Shown: positions 40,230 through 53,163 of the stretch, piece by piece
Layout of the letters: each line of letters begins with the position of its first letter
Position numbering within the stretch: position 1 is the first letter of the stretch
Assembly (NCBI GenBank): GCA_973895155.1
Contig: OZ316895.1
Coordinates: forward strand, 2,715,659 to 2,779,658
Direction: 5' to 3'
DNA length: 64,000 nucleotides
Origin: Marsupella aquatica
Lineage: Eukaryota > Plantae > Marchantiophyta
Position numbers and translations under genes: made by a program
Notes under the pieces: generated by a model
The model's input: only the letters and a program-made list of their open reading frames with translations
Databases searched by the model: none
What the model was told of the DNA's origin: nothing

Positions 40230-43200
40230 ATGGCCAGCTGCCACGCTTCCAGTCTCTCGTCTGCATCTGTCTGCTCCTCGTTCAAGGTGCTCCCCACCAC
40301 ATTCCCAAAGAAGAATTGCAGGGAATTTGCACGCTTGACGCACTTCAGGAGTTTTAGTTGCAAAGGTGAACAGTGAGCCTTCTACAGCCTGAAAGCTTTC
40401 CTTGGACACGAGAAGGGCTGGCAGAATTGCATAATGGCCTTATTGTTTGACTCCATGCTTGTACACACTATCTCCCTGTTCAAAGTACTCTACACGCCAT
40501 GCTCTTTGTTTTTCTCCGTTTTGCCCAATGTGAGGTATTTTCGGAAGCCTATAGTTGCAATTCTTGGGAAAGTGATTTCAACAAGCCGTATCAGGATTCC
40601 TACCGAGTTAGACTTTCCACTAACTTAACATCTCAACGGCAACATGTAACCTGTGGATTTTATTTCAGCGACCTGATCCACAGATTCCCCCGGCTTTAAA
40701 CCTGTCAGATAGAAACGTTTTAGCTATTTGTGAGGCAAGAACTGTAATTGACGAAAATTCTGATCTGTAAGAGCTGTGGAGAAAGACAAGGGTTTTGGTT
40801 GAGGAATATAGTACCCGGCAAGACGTAGATTCCCAGCATTCTCAGATATCCTTGCTGGTAGCGCGAAATGAATTTCTTGCTATTTAATGCAGCTGCTTCC
40901 GTGGAGGTATCAGCTGACTGGAGGCAGAAGGCGAAGCCCATCAAACCGGGGTCAACATATCCCGCTAAAGAACATTGCAGGTATTTGTTCCTCATTGTAG
41001 TCTGTCAAATGTGTGGAGTCGTGATTATTTCAGTTTTCAGTCGAGAGGAGTTCATCTATCTCAGAAGGCTCGTTTGTCTGTAACCCAGAGCCCTCGATAA
41101 ATATCTAAAGCTCTGAAAAATAACGACCGCCACTATCGTCATCACGTCTCTGTAAACTACGATTCGAGTTAACGTTACCGTGAAGTGGCATTCTCGTACT
41201 GGAATGAATTTTGTAAAGTTTTTAAAGTTTATAAACGCATTTTAAAGCAGATTGTTGAAAAGCCAAGTTCAAAAGTAAGCGGATTGTCGAAAAGCTCAAA
41301 TATTTATCATCGTCATATGGTGCCCTGTTGTCAAGAGAAAACGCGGGAAACTGATTAAGCGTCACTGTTGCAGCAATTGTGGATTGTGTGATACGTACTA
41401 CGTTGCACATGTGAAGAACTCATGTGCTTTTTTGGGAGATGGCATGTCTAAAGTTGAGGCAAGTTCCTCAGAACTTTCTTGGATACTTCGAGATGGAAAC
41501 TGCCTGGATTTTGCCCGTGTGGGTCAATGTTTATCTGAATGGAGACTACATCTGATTTAGGAACATTTTTTCACCGTTTCTGTCTAAATTTTGTCTGGCT
41601 TGCCTATTCAGAAGCTCGAGCCACTAGTGCATGGACGGGGCAGAGACCACAACTCTTTGGATGACTTGCTATTTGGAGTAAACCAAGAAATGCTCTATGC
41701 ACGGAAAATTCAACCAGTAGAAGGTGTGGATTGCATCGCAAAATCACAAATGTCTGGGTCCTTCTATCCATTACCTTTGTCGAAGCCAGTTGCAAGAAGT
41801 GATTTTTTCAACGCTGAAGAACCCTACTGATTGATGGTCAGGTGCACAATGGACCGGGATTGTGACCACCATTGCCATGGAAATGTTGCGGTCCAATAAA
41901 GTTGATGCTGTGATATGTGTGCAAAGGTGAGATGTGATGAGCCGTATCGATTCGCTCCGTTACACAAAATGCTTTACCAGTAGATTAAAAGTGATCTGTG
42001 TTGGTTAGCTCATCCGTTGTTTTGGGATGGGTGTTCGCATGTTCAGTGATCCGGACGATCGTTTCAGTCCCATGCCAGTCCTCGCAAGGTCAGTTAAGGT
42101 TTATCTCTTAAGCAGCATCGGTTTTGGAGGAAACAATTGAGTTTCTTGCTGTCCTGTAAAGACTGGATCGTTTGTACCACTTTGCTAGTCTAAATAACTT
42201 CCAAGTCTGAAAAAAACATCTTTGTTGTGGCCCATCGCCAGTCTGCTTTTGTTTGAAACATGACCAACATATAACGCCGCTCCATCGTGGACCGTTAAAT
42301 TTTCCCAAGTGGGAAGCTAATTTGAGATGATCTATTCTGACGGACCTTTGAATCGATGAGTTTCTAGGACGCCAGAAGAAGTGTTGGCAGCTAGGGGAGT
42401 GAAGCCAACATTGTCACCAAATTTGAACACCTTAGCTCTGGTTGAAGTAAGTGCCTTTACATCAAAGCTGATGAATTTTCTAGGTTGACGTCAGGTTTCA
42501 AGTGCTAGCATCTTCCTAATTCTTGTGCAGCTACGAACGCAGTAACTGAGCCCATGGGTAGAAAATAGAAAGGACTCCAGGCTCCTAAAGACTACCCTCT
42601 TGCAGTGTACTTTGTGACAGTGGTGGATGATGGATTCGTACATACCCTAAGAACTGACTGGCTTTCTTATAATTAGGCAGCAGGAGTGAAGCGTCTGCTT
42701 TTCTGTGGGGTCGGTTGTCAAGTGCAAGGTAATTAACCTTGAAGACTCTTGCTATGGCCGTCAGTTCCGTGGGCATTTCTCCTCCTGTCGATAGATTTGT
42801 AACATGGTAACATGTGCCCCCCTTGCAGAACTGGCTTGGTACTGGCTTTATATTATGTCATTTGTATGACCCAAATAGTCTCTCCTGAATGGACTGTTTA
42901 ATCTCTGGTGGGTCACTGGTTCATTCATATTTGTATGCTTTCAGTACATATAGTGGCTTTGAGCCCTGACATATTTTCCGTGCTATTTTCTTAAAATGCA
43001 GCACTACGATCGGTTGAGAAGTACTTAGGACTTGAGAAACTCTATGTCCTGGGAACAAATTGTGGTCAGTAACTTTCCTTGTAAAAGTGGGATTCTTTCA
43101 TTTGCTGAGGTAGGGTTTAGACAATATGGTACGAGTCTCGATATACTGCCCATAGATGCCAAGCTGAGCATTTGAATCACTCGTGGAAAACTTATTTAGA

Positions 43201-46112
43201 GGGAAGACTTCCATGTTGTAATCGCAAGTAACAGATATGACGTCGTAATTTTGAAGAATCCTTTCTGGTATAACCTGAGGATTGACTTTTTGTTTGGTTT
43301 TCTCGAATACATATTTGGGACTGGACTCATGGAGCTTGTGTTGGTAATTTCAGTGGACAATGGCCCTCGAAAAGGATTGGATAAGTTTCTAAAGGCGGCT
43401 AGTGATGATCCCGAGACAGTACTTCACTATGAATTTATGCAGGATTACAAGGTTTGACTTCTCGACATCTACTCGTACCTGTAAAGTGGTTTGTTAGTCA
43501 AAGGGATGTGCAAATTCGGACATGTTACTAGTTTTACTTGTTTGGAGGTAATGTAGACCAAATTTGACCTAAATTGGGTTTGGATGACCAAAGTGAGGTT
43601 TAAGTCAGTTTTGATGATAATTCCAGTCTCCATAAAATTTACATGCCAGTGCACCTCAAAAATTATTAAGTGAGGTGGAGTCATCTAGTAGGGGTGTGTA
43701 AACCTTACGAATTTGTTGACTTGCAGGTTCATCTCAAACATTTGGATGGTCGGATTGAGGAGGTGAGCTATGGTCACAAAGTCCGTTGGTTCGATGGCAA
43801 AAGTTGTATCTCAAGATTGTACAAAATCTTTATTTTGGGAAGCATCTCTAAGGTGAAGGACCTGGATGAATCACTGAGAACATGGTCTGCGAATGCAGGT
43901 TCCGTACTTCTGCTTGCCTGCAGAGGAGTTAACAAGTGTAATTGCTCCATCTTGCTACAGGTCTCTGTTATGCATCCATTATCACCTTGAGATGGCAGTC
44001 TGTCAGCTCTACCTGGAACAGACTTCTGTTAGACTTGTAAAGTGTTTGGTTCGGAAGTTTGTCTTGCCTTGGAAACGTCCTTTTCCCTGATTATCTGGAA
44101 GTTCGAAATGCGATTTCGTAGCCCTTGAAGGCTAAATTCCCATGAGTCAGTTTTACAGGGAATGCAAGGCTTTATTGGTGTCGTGGATAATAGCTTGTAT
44201 TCTAAACCTGTATCTGGTGATTGCAGCTGCTTTGACTACTCAAACGGATTGGCAGTAAGTATCTACATGATTTGACAATCGTATGTACAACAAAACATGA
44301 TTTGGATGTAAGAATTATGCACGTGGTATGATGAAACTCAATGAAATTAGTGGAGAGATTTCCGAGGTATAGTGAACAGAGAGAGGTTGTGGCCTAATTA
44401 TTGGCTTGTCTGAGTCATTTTCTGTGCTCTCGTGAAAGCGAATCCAGCAAGCCCTGGGGCATGTTCCGCTCTCACTCCATGTGAAATTGGATGAGCGAAC
44501 TCATCAGCATGGGTCCACTTGACTTCACCCGAAGGGAAATGTGCATCAATTTATTAATACGGCGTGGATGCTGTTGTGAGTGCCTGTATGTTCTCAGATG
44601 CCCATTATTAAAAGGTGCACGAAATTGGAAATGGCAGGTAGGACTCAGGTTTCGAGATTGTAAGTACAGTCCTGATGACTGTTGTGTTCTGCAGGATCTG
44701 GTAGTAGGCTATATGGGTGTACCAAAATATCGGGGTGTGTCCATGCCTAATCATCCACAGTATATCACTGTCAGGTGACTCAGCCAAAACTACCTTCGTT
44801 TAGCAACAAGAAGGCAGTTCTCATCCACAGCCATTGCAAGAATATTTAATGTCATGAGATGCTACTATCTGATGTTAATCTCACATTATCGCAGGAATGA
44901 GCGGGGAAAAGAAATGCTTGATCTAGTGCGGAACCTCCTCGACATCACTCCAACCGTTAGTACTGGTGACCGGAAACCGTTTGTCATGGAGACTGTCAAA
45001 GCAGACCCGAAAGTGAAGACAGGTACAATTACGTGTCCTTTCGGTATCTCGTACGTTTCAAGTATAATGGGTTTCTCATGTGAGATCTGGTCCGATGCAC
45101 TAGGTTCTGACAAATATCTATTGGTGCTTGTTGCTTTCTCAGCTCAAGGGAGTCCCACTAAACCTCTTCCAAGATTTTTAGGCAACATACTAGCATTCAT
45201 TCTCAACCTGGTAAGCCTTTCTTCCTTCCCCATGTTCGTACCTTCTCTGGTGCTTCTATCGCCTTGACTTCACGTTGATGGTGTGAACCGGATTCCTTTA
45301 AGTTCTTTTGAAGTGCCTGAACGATTGTTTCAATTTTTATTCACTCCTGCTGATGGCCCGATAAGCCTTGGTGACATGGATTGTTGTATGATTGCAGGTG
45401 GGACCGAAAGGTCTGGAGTTCGGTCGCTATTCTTTGGATTATCATAACATTCGGAATTACATCTATGTCTACCAAACCTGGGGGAAAAAAAGGTCCGACT
45501 CTTTGAGTGGAAACTGTTGCCTGCTGCAAGGTTAATAGGGTGTCTCAATGCTCAGAATTTGATGAACCTTAACTCTATAGTTAAGGTTATGGACACAAAT
45601 GTCCATAAAGTTCCGGACTACCAAATTCATAGATCATAACTTTTTGCCTTTAAGATTGGTCATTTGCCATGACCATTAGTCACTGGAGAGTCAAAGTGAA
45701 AAATCAAACATATAAAACTCCCACAAATGTCCATAAAGTTCTGGACAAATTCATAGTCCATAATTTTTTGCCTTACAGATTGGTCATATGCCATGACCAT
45801 TAGTCACATTAGTCACTGGAGAGTCAAAGTGAAAAATCAAACAAATAAAACTTTTAGATAATCCTGCGAATTACCATTGTTTATGGCCAGAAACCATTTA
45901 CCCTAACTTTGCACCTTTGAGATGCCCTTATTAAGTCATTATCACTTCACGTTGAACTGTCATGTTGTAATTGTGTTTGTCTAGTGCCTGCCTAATTTGT
46001 TCCCTTTGTATGCAGGTCTGACGAACACATCCCAAGTTACGCAAAGAAACTTGTTCAAATGTACAACGAGAATGGTGAGATTGATAGTCTTGTAGGAGAT
46101 GTCGAACGTTAG
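40230..46112 (+). CDS. HCAR: 7-hydroxymethyl chlorophyll a reductase (FrhB-like Fe-S/FAD enzyme), ~16 exons
   Basis: Exon 1 40230-40365 encodes a transit peptide (MASCHASSLSS..). Later exons give ADWRQKAKPIKPGSTYPAKEHCS, NCGLCDTYYVAHVKNSCAFLGDGMS, GAQWTGIVTTIA, LFCGVGCQV, LYVLGTNC, VLHYEFMQDYK, VPYFCLPA, CFDYSNGLA, DLVVGYMGVPKY and GPKGLEFGRYSLDYH. Stop TAG at 46110-46112. Confidence 0.95.
45538..45927. mobile_element. Tourist/PIF-Harbinger-like MITE in the last HCAR intron, with internal ~130 bp tandem duplication
   Basis: Termini gggtgtctcaa ... ttgagatgccc flanked by ata/tta. The internal block cacaaatgtccataaagttc...gtgaaaaatcaaaca is repeated. Confidence 0.65.
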
Positions 46113-47138
46113 ATTATTGAATATGATTCAGCACAGCCGCAACCAGCTGATGTTTAGACGTTGTGAAGCATTATCTGCTGAGAGTATGGTGACCATTCTG
46201 TGTACCTTGGCAGATGGGATTGTAGAAGGTCAGCAGTTTTAATGTACAATATTATTATAATGGAAAATTTAATTGGCACAAGAGAGGTGGCTCCTCGAGA
46301 AGAGGCATTTGCATGGAATTTGAATGCTCATCTCAAAGCGATCCACCATTGTTCCATGTGTTCACCTCGACTTGCAGAAGGAGGTCTACTTTCTCGTTCG
46401 TCTGCCTCCTTAACCAATGAGATTGTCTGTTCTCCAGCAGAATAAATCCTGAACCAGGCAGACAATTAAACAAAGATTTAAGGGAAGCAAGTAGAAGTCA
46501 CCATTTGACAGAAAGGTGCCCAATGCCATGACCTCTTGTGAGGAATCTTGAGTCGTCTTGGTCTCAAAGAGCCCCTGCTTTTGTTATTCACCAAATAGTA
46601 TACTAACATAAATATTTGGCAAGTAGTGCGTGGCCAATATTGGATTAAACTTCTGTCTAATGAGACACAGTCGGAGCCAAGTCACAGATCTCATTCTGAA
46701 TTCCTGCAAGATATTTATCCTTCACTTTCGGGCTTCTGTACTTGCTGAAGATCACCGATTTGACGTCATGCATAGGAGAATGGTAGGCATTTTGACGCGG
46801 ATGTGTAAACACCATGTTTGAAGAAGTGGCCGGATATGTGGCATGCTTTAGTTCGATAAGGGACCACTCAACACGACAACCGATACGTAAACACGGACCC
46901 GTGACCAAGAATGTCCATTAGAGAACGTACAGTAGTAGGATATTAGAAACCCTTTAAGAAGCGGACAAACTTGTATTTGAAGTTCAGCCCAAAGAATATT
47001 TCCTGGTGATATTTGCTCGATATCTATGATTTACATAGACCTCATTGTGAAAAATGTCCATCCTTCATGAAGAATGATTTATCCAAGACGGAAGAAATCC
47101 GCAGCAGCTTTTAGGCAGCCGCCATTGTAGAACTGTAC

Positions 47139-49539
47139 TCATTGGCCGTTTTGTAAAGGCATGATTTGGTGTTTGAACAACGAAGCCATCTCAATCTGCA
47201 GAGAACACACGACAAGACAACAAGAAGTCTTAATTTCACGAGTGCAAGTGGATACTTGGAACTGTACATTTCCCAAGACCTACCCTAAAACGAATCATTG
47301 ATTCAAATTCTGAACTATGATTCAAAATAGACTCAATAAACCAAACTAAGATAGAACAGAACGTTCAGTAGATTTGCTAGTCATCATCAGGCCCCAGAAA
47401 GGCCGACATCAATCATGCGACGATTAAACACATAAACTCCTCTTTTGGTTTGTTTTTAGAAGTCCTCGAGACGCCAAGTTAAGACTTCTTACTGCAGTAA
47501 GTGCCGCTTCTGCTCCTTTGTTTCCCACTTTGCCACCGGCCCGATCAATAGCCTGCTCACAAAATGCAGAATTTTTTTGTATTCATGATTCTGAATATTC
47601 ATCATAGTTTGTGCTTGAGAAAGAATAGTTAAGGAGGCACCAAACTAGCACAAAGGGTATCAGAATTCAACTCACGGCACGGACAAAGCACACTGAGTCC
47701 TTCGACAAATGTAAGGTCAAGAACTGCAACTTCCATGTTCGTGATCCCAAATCAAGCAGAAGTTACTGACCTGATCCATATTCTCAGTTGTGAGGATTCC
47801 AAATATTACTGGAACACCTGCATGTATGACAATCACTCTAAGTTGGGAACACTGCCTTTCAAAACCTTCTCAAAAATAGCTGACAGGAAAACTCTGAGAA
47901 CTCGGGCAAACGGGTAGTTTAAAATTACCAGAGTTCAAGCTAGCTGACATCAATCCTGATGCAGCAGACCCTGCAACTGCATCGTAGTGGGTAGTAGCAC
48001 CCCTGATCTGCAAGGACAAAAAAGTGCTTGTGACAATGGGCTATATCCCGGAAGTAACTTTTGTTCATTGTAGTAAACAGGCTGCCAGACAGTAGCTTTC
48101 AGTAAGACATTTCTCCCCGCTCATTAGTGATTTAAACCTTAAGTGGTCAGATCAAGTAATCAGACACTCATGAATTCAGAAGTTGCAGTATCAAACAGTC
48201 AACTTCAAAAACCACAACATAATGACCCAGTTAGAACAAGATGTAAACCCAGCCTGAGCATTGCAAGACAAGTATATGCCATGAATGGAAACAGAGTGCC
48301 GTGAAAAAGCAAAAGCTCACCACAGCTCCTATGGCCAGAACTGCTTCATATTTGCCAGATTTTGCCATTTGTTGGGCCACGAGCGGAATCTCAAAGCTTC
48401 CAGGGACCCATACCAACTGCACCCAGACCGCAGACCCGAGCCCCCAAAGTTCTCAACTTTAGATTCTAACATTATATCGACCCAAAGCATTGAACTGAAA
48501 CTCGGGATTCAACTTGTTTGAAAACATAATGTTACTTGCCACAAAACTGCACCAACAAAATGGGAGTGAGGCCAAAGTTTTCTTACATCCACATCTTCGT
48601 CCTTAACTGCATACTTTTGAAAGGTCTCTAGGGCTCCTGCGACCAAAGGTCTTGTAACAATTTCGTTGAAGCGCGCAGCGACCTGTGGCCCAACAGTTCA
48701 GAGTTGAGGTTTTGCAATGCAAATACGTTAGACTGCTACGTTAAACCCTACATTGAAAACGCACAGCCCATTTCAATCATTGTGCCAGCAATGCCCCTGG
48801 AAATCAGACAAGAAACCCTCAGATTGCAGAGAAGATATTTTCAGGTACCAAGGCAACCTATATGGAGTCACAAACGGTACCACAGCGAATCGCAGCCCTT
48901 CTCCACGGAGGATAGATCCCGTCAGCTCTCTCACAGCACGCACATCCAATCTGTAATGCTTTCTGAAGCTGGGGCAGGGCCCTTGCAACGCATTATGCCT
49001 AAGTTTACCCTCCCCGATCCCATATCCACCTTCAAAGGAGAGAAAACGCAGATGCGGAATTTAATCTCCGACAATTGCCCCAAAAAGCTGAATGAATCTC
49101 TCATGGCGCTTCGTTACTGTAAAATAGAATGCCAGACGACAACTTTTCCAATTCGCTTTCCTACTGGAAAAAGAGCCGAAAATCGATCACCTTCTTCTTA
49201 GATCACCAGAGCTTTTCATCCAACAGCAGCTCGTTCAAAGTCAAAAGCAGTGAGTAAGATGCATACTATGAACCATGTTCGAACCAGAGCTTCCATCAAT
49301 TGCATTTTACAACGTTGATCTTAAGAAACGAAGAAAGCCAAACTGAGGGTGAAACATTAGAGCAAGCACTTCCAGGGAGTCAAATGCGTAGGCTGAAATT
49401 TCTTCTAACCTGCACCAGCAAACTTGGTGGCGGCCAGGAAAGAGGCACTCGAAGTACGGGACTTTGATACAGACGATTCGTAGTCAACATTGGCCCTTGA
49501 GTGAGAAATTGAGACCAATCCATTGGAAAGGGCTGCCAT
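47139..49539 (-). CDS. COS1: 6,7-dimethyl-8-ribityllumazine synthase (plastid, riboflavin synthesis; ribH/COS1 homologue), 8 exons
   Basis: Exons: 49539-49410 (MAALSNG.. transit peptide), 49029-48881 (GEGLRFAV), 48682-48587 ([17 protein letters not shown]), 48416-48321 ([14 protein letters not shown]), ~48007-47929 ([12 protein letters not shown]), ~47817-47771 ([14 protein letters not shown]), 47552-47493 ([17 protein letters not shown]), 47195-47139 (IEMASLF). Confidence 0.95.
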
Positions 49540-49544
49540 TTGAT

Positions 49545-50195
49545 TCCCGAGCGAAGTGAGGGCTCTCCCTAACAAAAGTATTGTCCGTCAGTCCACAGGG
49601 CCCTTGTCCGCAGGGAGAAATCGCACGGGAGAAGGAAAGAAACCGGGCGGAATTCTTAATTTTTGCCAGTTGCTTGTTAGACCATGCTCCCTGGGAGTCC
49701 CGATTGTCGCAGAGACATTCAAGTGAACTGCAGGAGCCATCATTGCAGAAAGTTTAGTATGCAGAGACATTCAAGTGAACTGAAGGAGGTGTCATTTCAG
49801 AAATTTTAGTGCGCAGAGACATTCAAATGAACTGCAGGAGCCATCATTGCAGAAATTTTAGTACGTCAAATGCAACGATCAAAATGTTTGTAAAGCTAAG
49901 ATTGTAGTGCTGGGTTTCGACAAAATACTGAAACCTAAAGGACTAGCGAACGAAACCGAGACGGAGTGTGAGTGGATCGAGCTAAGATTTCTTTGTGGGA
50001 GCTTCAGAAAATGCTTCGACCTGGTTACGAATGACTTATACGAGATAGACTGTTAATAAACAGAGCTCACATTGCTAGTGGGAGCTTCGACAAAACACTT
50101 CAATCTACTCTTCGTAGCTGCAAACGAATAGAAGAATCACAGACAGAGTGAGAGTGGAGGAGAGATCTCACAACGAGAGGTGACGCTCCTGCACC
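49545..50195 (-). promoter_or_regulatory. Lumazine synthase upstream region/5' UTR with uORF
   Basis: Lies directly upstream of ATG 49539 and contains uORF MAPAVHLNVSATIGT..PVD* ending at 49588. Paralogous to 39655..40205. Confidence 0.7.
49709..49864. repeat. 52 bp tandem repeat x3
   Basis: gcagagacattcaagtgaactgcaggagccatcattgcagaaa(g/t)tttagta(t/c) at 49709, 49761 and 49813. Confidence 0.92.
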
Positions 50196-51274
50196 TACAC
50201 GGCAACGAGAGTCACTACATTAGTAGCCATGCTTTTCCTTGCTTTTAAACATTAGCCAAGGTAGCTACTGTTTTACCCCAGAGACAAGCATAGGTGTGGT
50301 TATGGAGGTCTGGTTATGGAGTTTTTCTCTTTCAGTTATACAGTGTTTTCTGACTATTGTAGAGTATTTCTTGGCTAACACTCCCATGTAGTGCATTAGG
50401 TGGTGGCAAATTAAAAGTATCATTAGCCTGCCTGCTTTTTAGGTAAGTGATTGGCTAATTTTTGCCCACAAAAAAACGGCTGGTCAGCAGGCTTATTATG
50501 TTACTGTAGACAGTTCAGTACATTGTTGGGTAGGGGATCATGGTTGTGCAACTGAGGAGTTCCAGCTTCAACCCCGCCTCGAGCATAGAGGAGCTAAGGG
50601 TATGTTTGAGTGTGAGTGTATTGTCATAAGAGCTCTCCTCCCAATGTGCACCCCAAACAGCCATGTCGTAGGGGAGTTAAGTGTGCAGGTAAGGTACCCT
50701 TGCATCCGGGTTTGTGAAGGGTCTCACAAACTTGCTTCCCCACCCATCCTGCCTTTCACACTCACCAACATCTGTCACAATGTGCCTAATGCACTGGCCA
50801 GAGCAGCTGTTTGATCAAATGCAAGAGGTTGTTCATCAAATGTGAGAGGACCTATCACAATCATTGGCAGGTAGTGGTGGCTGTGTCCTGAGCTTGTGGA
50901 GTGCCGGACTGCCATCCTCTGGAGGAAAACATTCCCGGTTGCAATTTTGGAGTTGCAGACCAGGGCACAGTGGGGGTTCAAAAACTGGACCCATGGGCTG
51001 ATCCTTCCCTACTTGCTTGCATGAGGTCCATTAGCAAACCAGTGGGAGTGCTGTAGTAGGGGGAGAAGGAGTACCTCCACCATCACCATTGGCCCCTTTG
51101 TGAGCTTGGTTTTTCCCGAGTGTGGGAACCCCCTGGATTCCATAAGTGAGTTCCTCTGTGAACTACCCTATGATGTTGCATGCTCTGAAGATAATAGTCT
51201 AGGATGGATTTCCTCTTGGTTTAGAGGCCAAAAAGAACTTGACAATGGCGCATCATACATGTTTCACAGAATAT

Positions 51275-51945
51275 TTGTTGTGTGCCCCTACTAAACATAG
51301 TAGACTGTGCTCTACTTTGTGTCCATATGTTTGGTTCTCATTTCACTTTGTTGTAACATTACAACAGCACAGGACAATGTTGCACATATATGTGTTGCAT
51401 GCCCCTACTAAACTGTACCAGGCTGTGCTCTGCTTTGTTTCCCTGTGCTTTTTTCTCATCTCATTGCATTATAACGTTACAATGCACAGCAATGTTGCAC
51501 ATAATATGTGTTTTGTGCTCCTACTGAACTATAGTAGACTGTGCTCTACTTTGTCTCCCGCTTTGTCTACTTGTGTTTTTTCTGATATCATTGTGTTGTG
51601 ACATTGCGATAGTACAGCAATGTTGCACATAATATGTGCTTTGTGCCCCCTACTAAACTATACTAGACTGTGCTCTACTTTGACTTATTTTTCCTGATCT
51701 CATTGTGTTGTAACATTATAGTAGCACAACAATGTTGCATATAATATGTGCTTTCTGCTCCAACTAAACTATAGTAGACTGTGCTCTACTTTGTCTCCTT
51801 GTGTTACTTCTGATCTTTTTGTGTTGCAAAATTACAATAGCACAGACGCAATGTTGTGCATATGTATTTTGTGCCCTGACTAAGCTATGATAGACTATCC
51901 TCTATATTGTATTTTTCTCTTCTCATTCTGTTGTGACCTTACACT
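51275..51945. repeat. Tandem repeat, ~120 bp unit x5-6
   Basis: Recurring ctactaaactatagtagactgtgctctactttg...cattgtgttgtaacatt...gcacagcaatgttgcacataatatgtg. Confidence 0.9.
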
Positions 51946-52214
51946 TTGCAAAGACTCTGAAGTAGCCTGGTGGAACGCAACGTATTGTCACCATTTTCAT
52001 AGTTGATTTTCAATGAAAAATTATAAACATCTCCTTGTCATTTTCCACCCAGTCAGAGGCAAAATGGTCATGGGTTCATCCCCATGCTTCTTCTTCACAT
52101 TGAGAACCCCTCCTGTAGTTTCTTGTTTTTTTTTTTTTAAGGATATTAATGAGCCTAAATCCCCTGCCATAAATCCCCTGCCATGACCAGGGGTTCCCAG
52201 ATTTGGGAGGTTGG

Positions 52215-52362
52215 GAGGTTATTCAATTTCAAGCACAATTTCCAGGTAGAAAAATAAAGCAAAACTACTCTAGGAAGACTGGGCCCACCTGGAGGGTTAT
52301 CTAATTTCAAGCACCATTTCCAGGTAAAAAATAAAGTAAAACTACTCTAAAGAAGACTAGGC
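52215..52362. repeat. ~76 bp tandem duplication
   Basis: aatttcaagcac(a/c)atttccaggta(g)aaaaataaag(c/t)aaaactactcta..gaagact x2. Confidence 0.85.
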
Positions 52363-53163
52363 TAGTTAACCCATGGCTGTAACGCCCTCAGGCTCACCCC
52401 CATCACATAAACCCCTTGGGGCAATGGGTTTACCCTTTGCAGATTTCTTTCTGCATGCAAGAAGGTTCATGCCCCATAAATTTTCTACCCAAGGTGAAAA
52501 TGTGGGAGCCCGAAATCCACTTGGAAACCTTGCATCTTACGCTTCACAATTCATCACACGAACGACAGATAGTTTCATTTCCGTTCGTATCAATGTCATA
52601 CGTCGTTCTTTGCCACTGTTTCCATTTTGTTGTTTTTGGCCGATCAGGGAAGTTTTGAGCCCAAGCTCTCGGATCTGTAAACCATGGCGAACTGTGACAG
52701 CTGATGGTGAGGCAACAACTCCGAGGTGTGTTGGACTAGACAGGATGACGATTATACTTGAAGATCCCGATGGCCCAGGTAACAAACGACAAATGCAAGC
52801 TTGTGGCAAAATGTAGAACTACGTGCCCGCAATTTAATGATCAATTTAGACTTCTATATCCCCATTATCATTTTTGCTAGGGTATGAAAACTCGCCAAAG
52901 CAGTTTTGAAGAGCACTTCTGTCAGTGAAGAGCCTAACACCTCCTGATACACAGCACAGAATGTCTTCTCCCAAGGCTTTCCTGTATTGGGTTGGAGGCT
53001 GGTCTCCATTCTAGGGTGTAGTCGTTTTACTAGGGCCTCTGATGCACAATCCTCGAGTAAAGAAGTATTAGAAAACATAGTAGTCTACAGTGTTTCCCAA
53101 GTACAGGCCCAGATTTCAATCCCAAGAGTGAAGAAACAACCAAGATGTAGTTAAAAAATTCTC

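Noticed and set aside
21429-49539. CSK, HCAR and lumazine synthase as a three-gene plastid cluster
   Set aside because: Plastid-targeted genes are common. CSK is separated by GDSL and repeats, and I saw no upstream sequence shared with the other two.
51275-51945. Repeat array as possible CRISPR
   Set aside because: Whole ~120 bp units repeat with no unique spacers, the context is eukaryotic, and there are no cas genes
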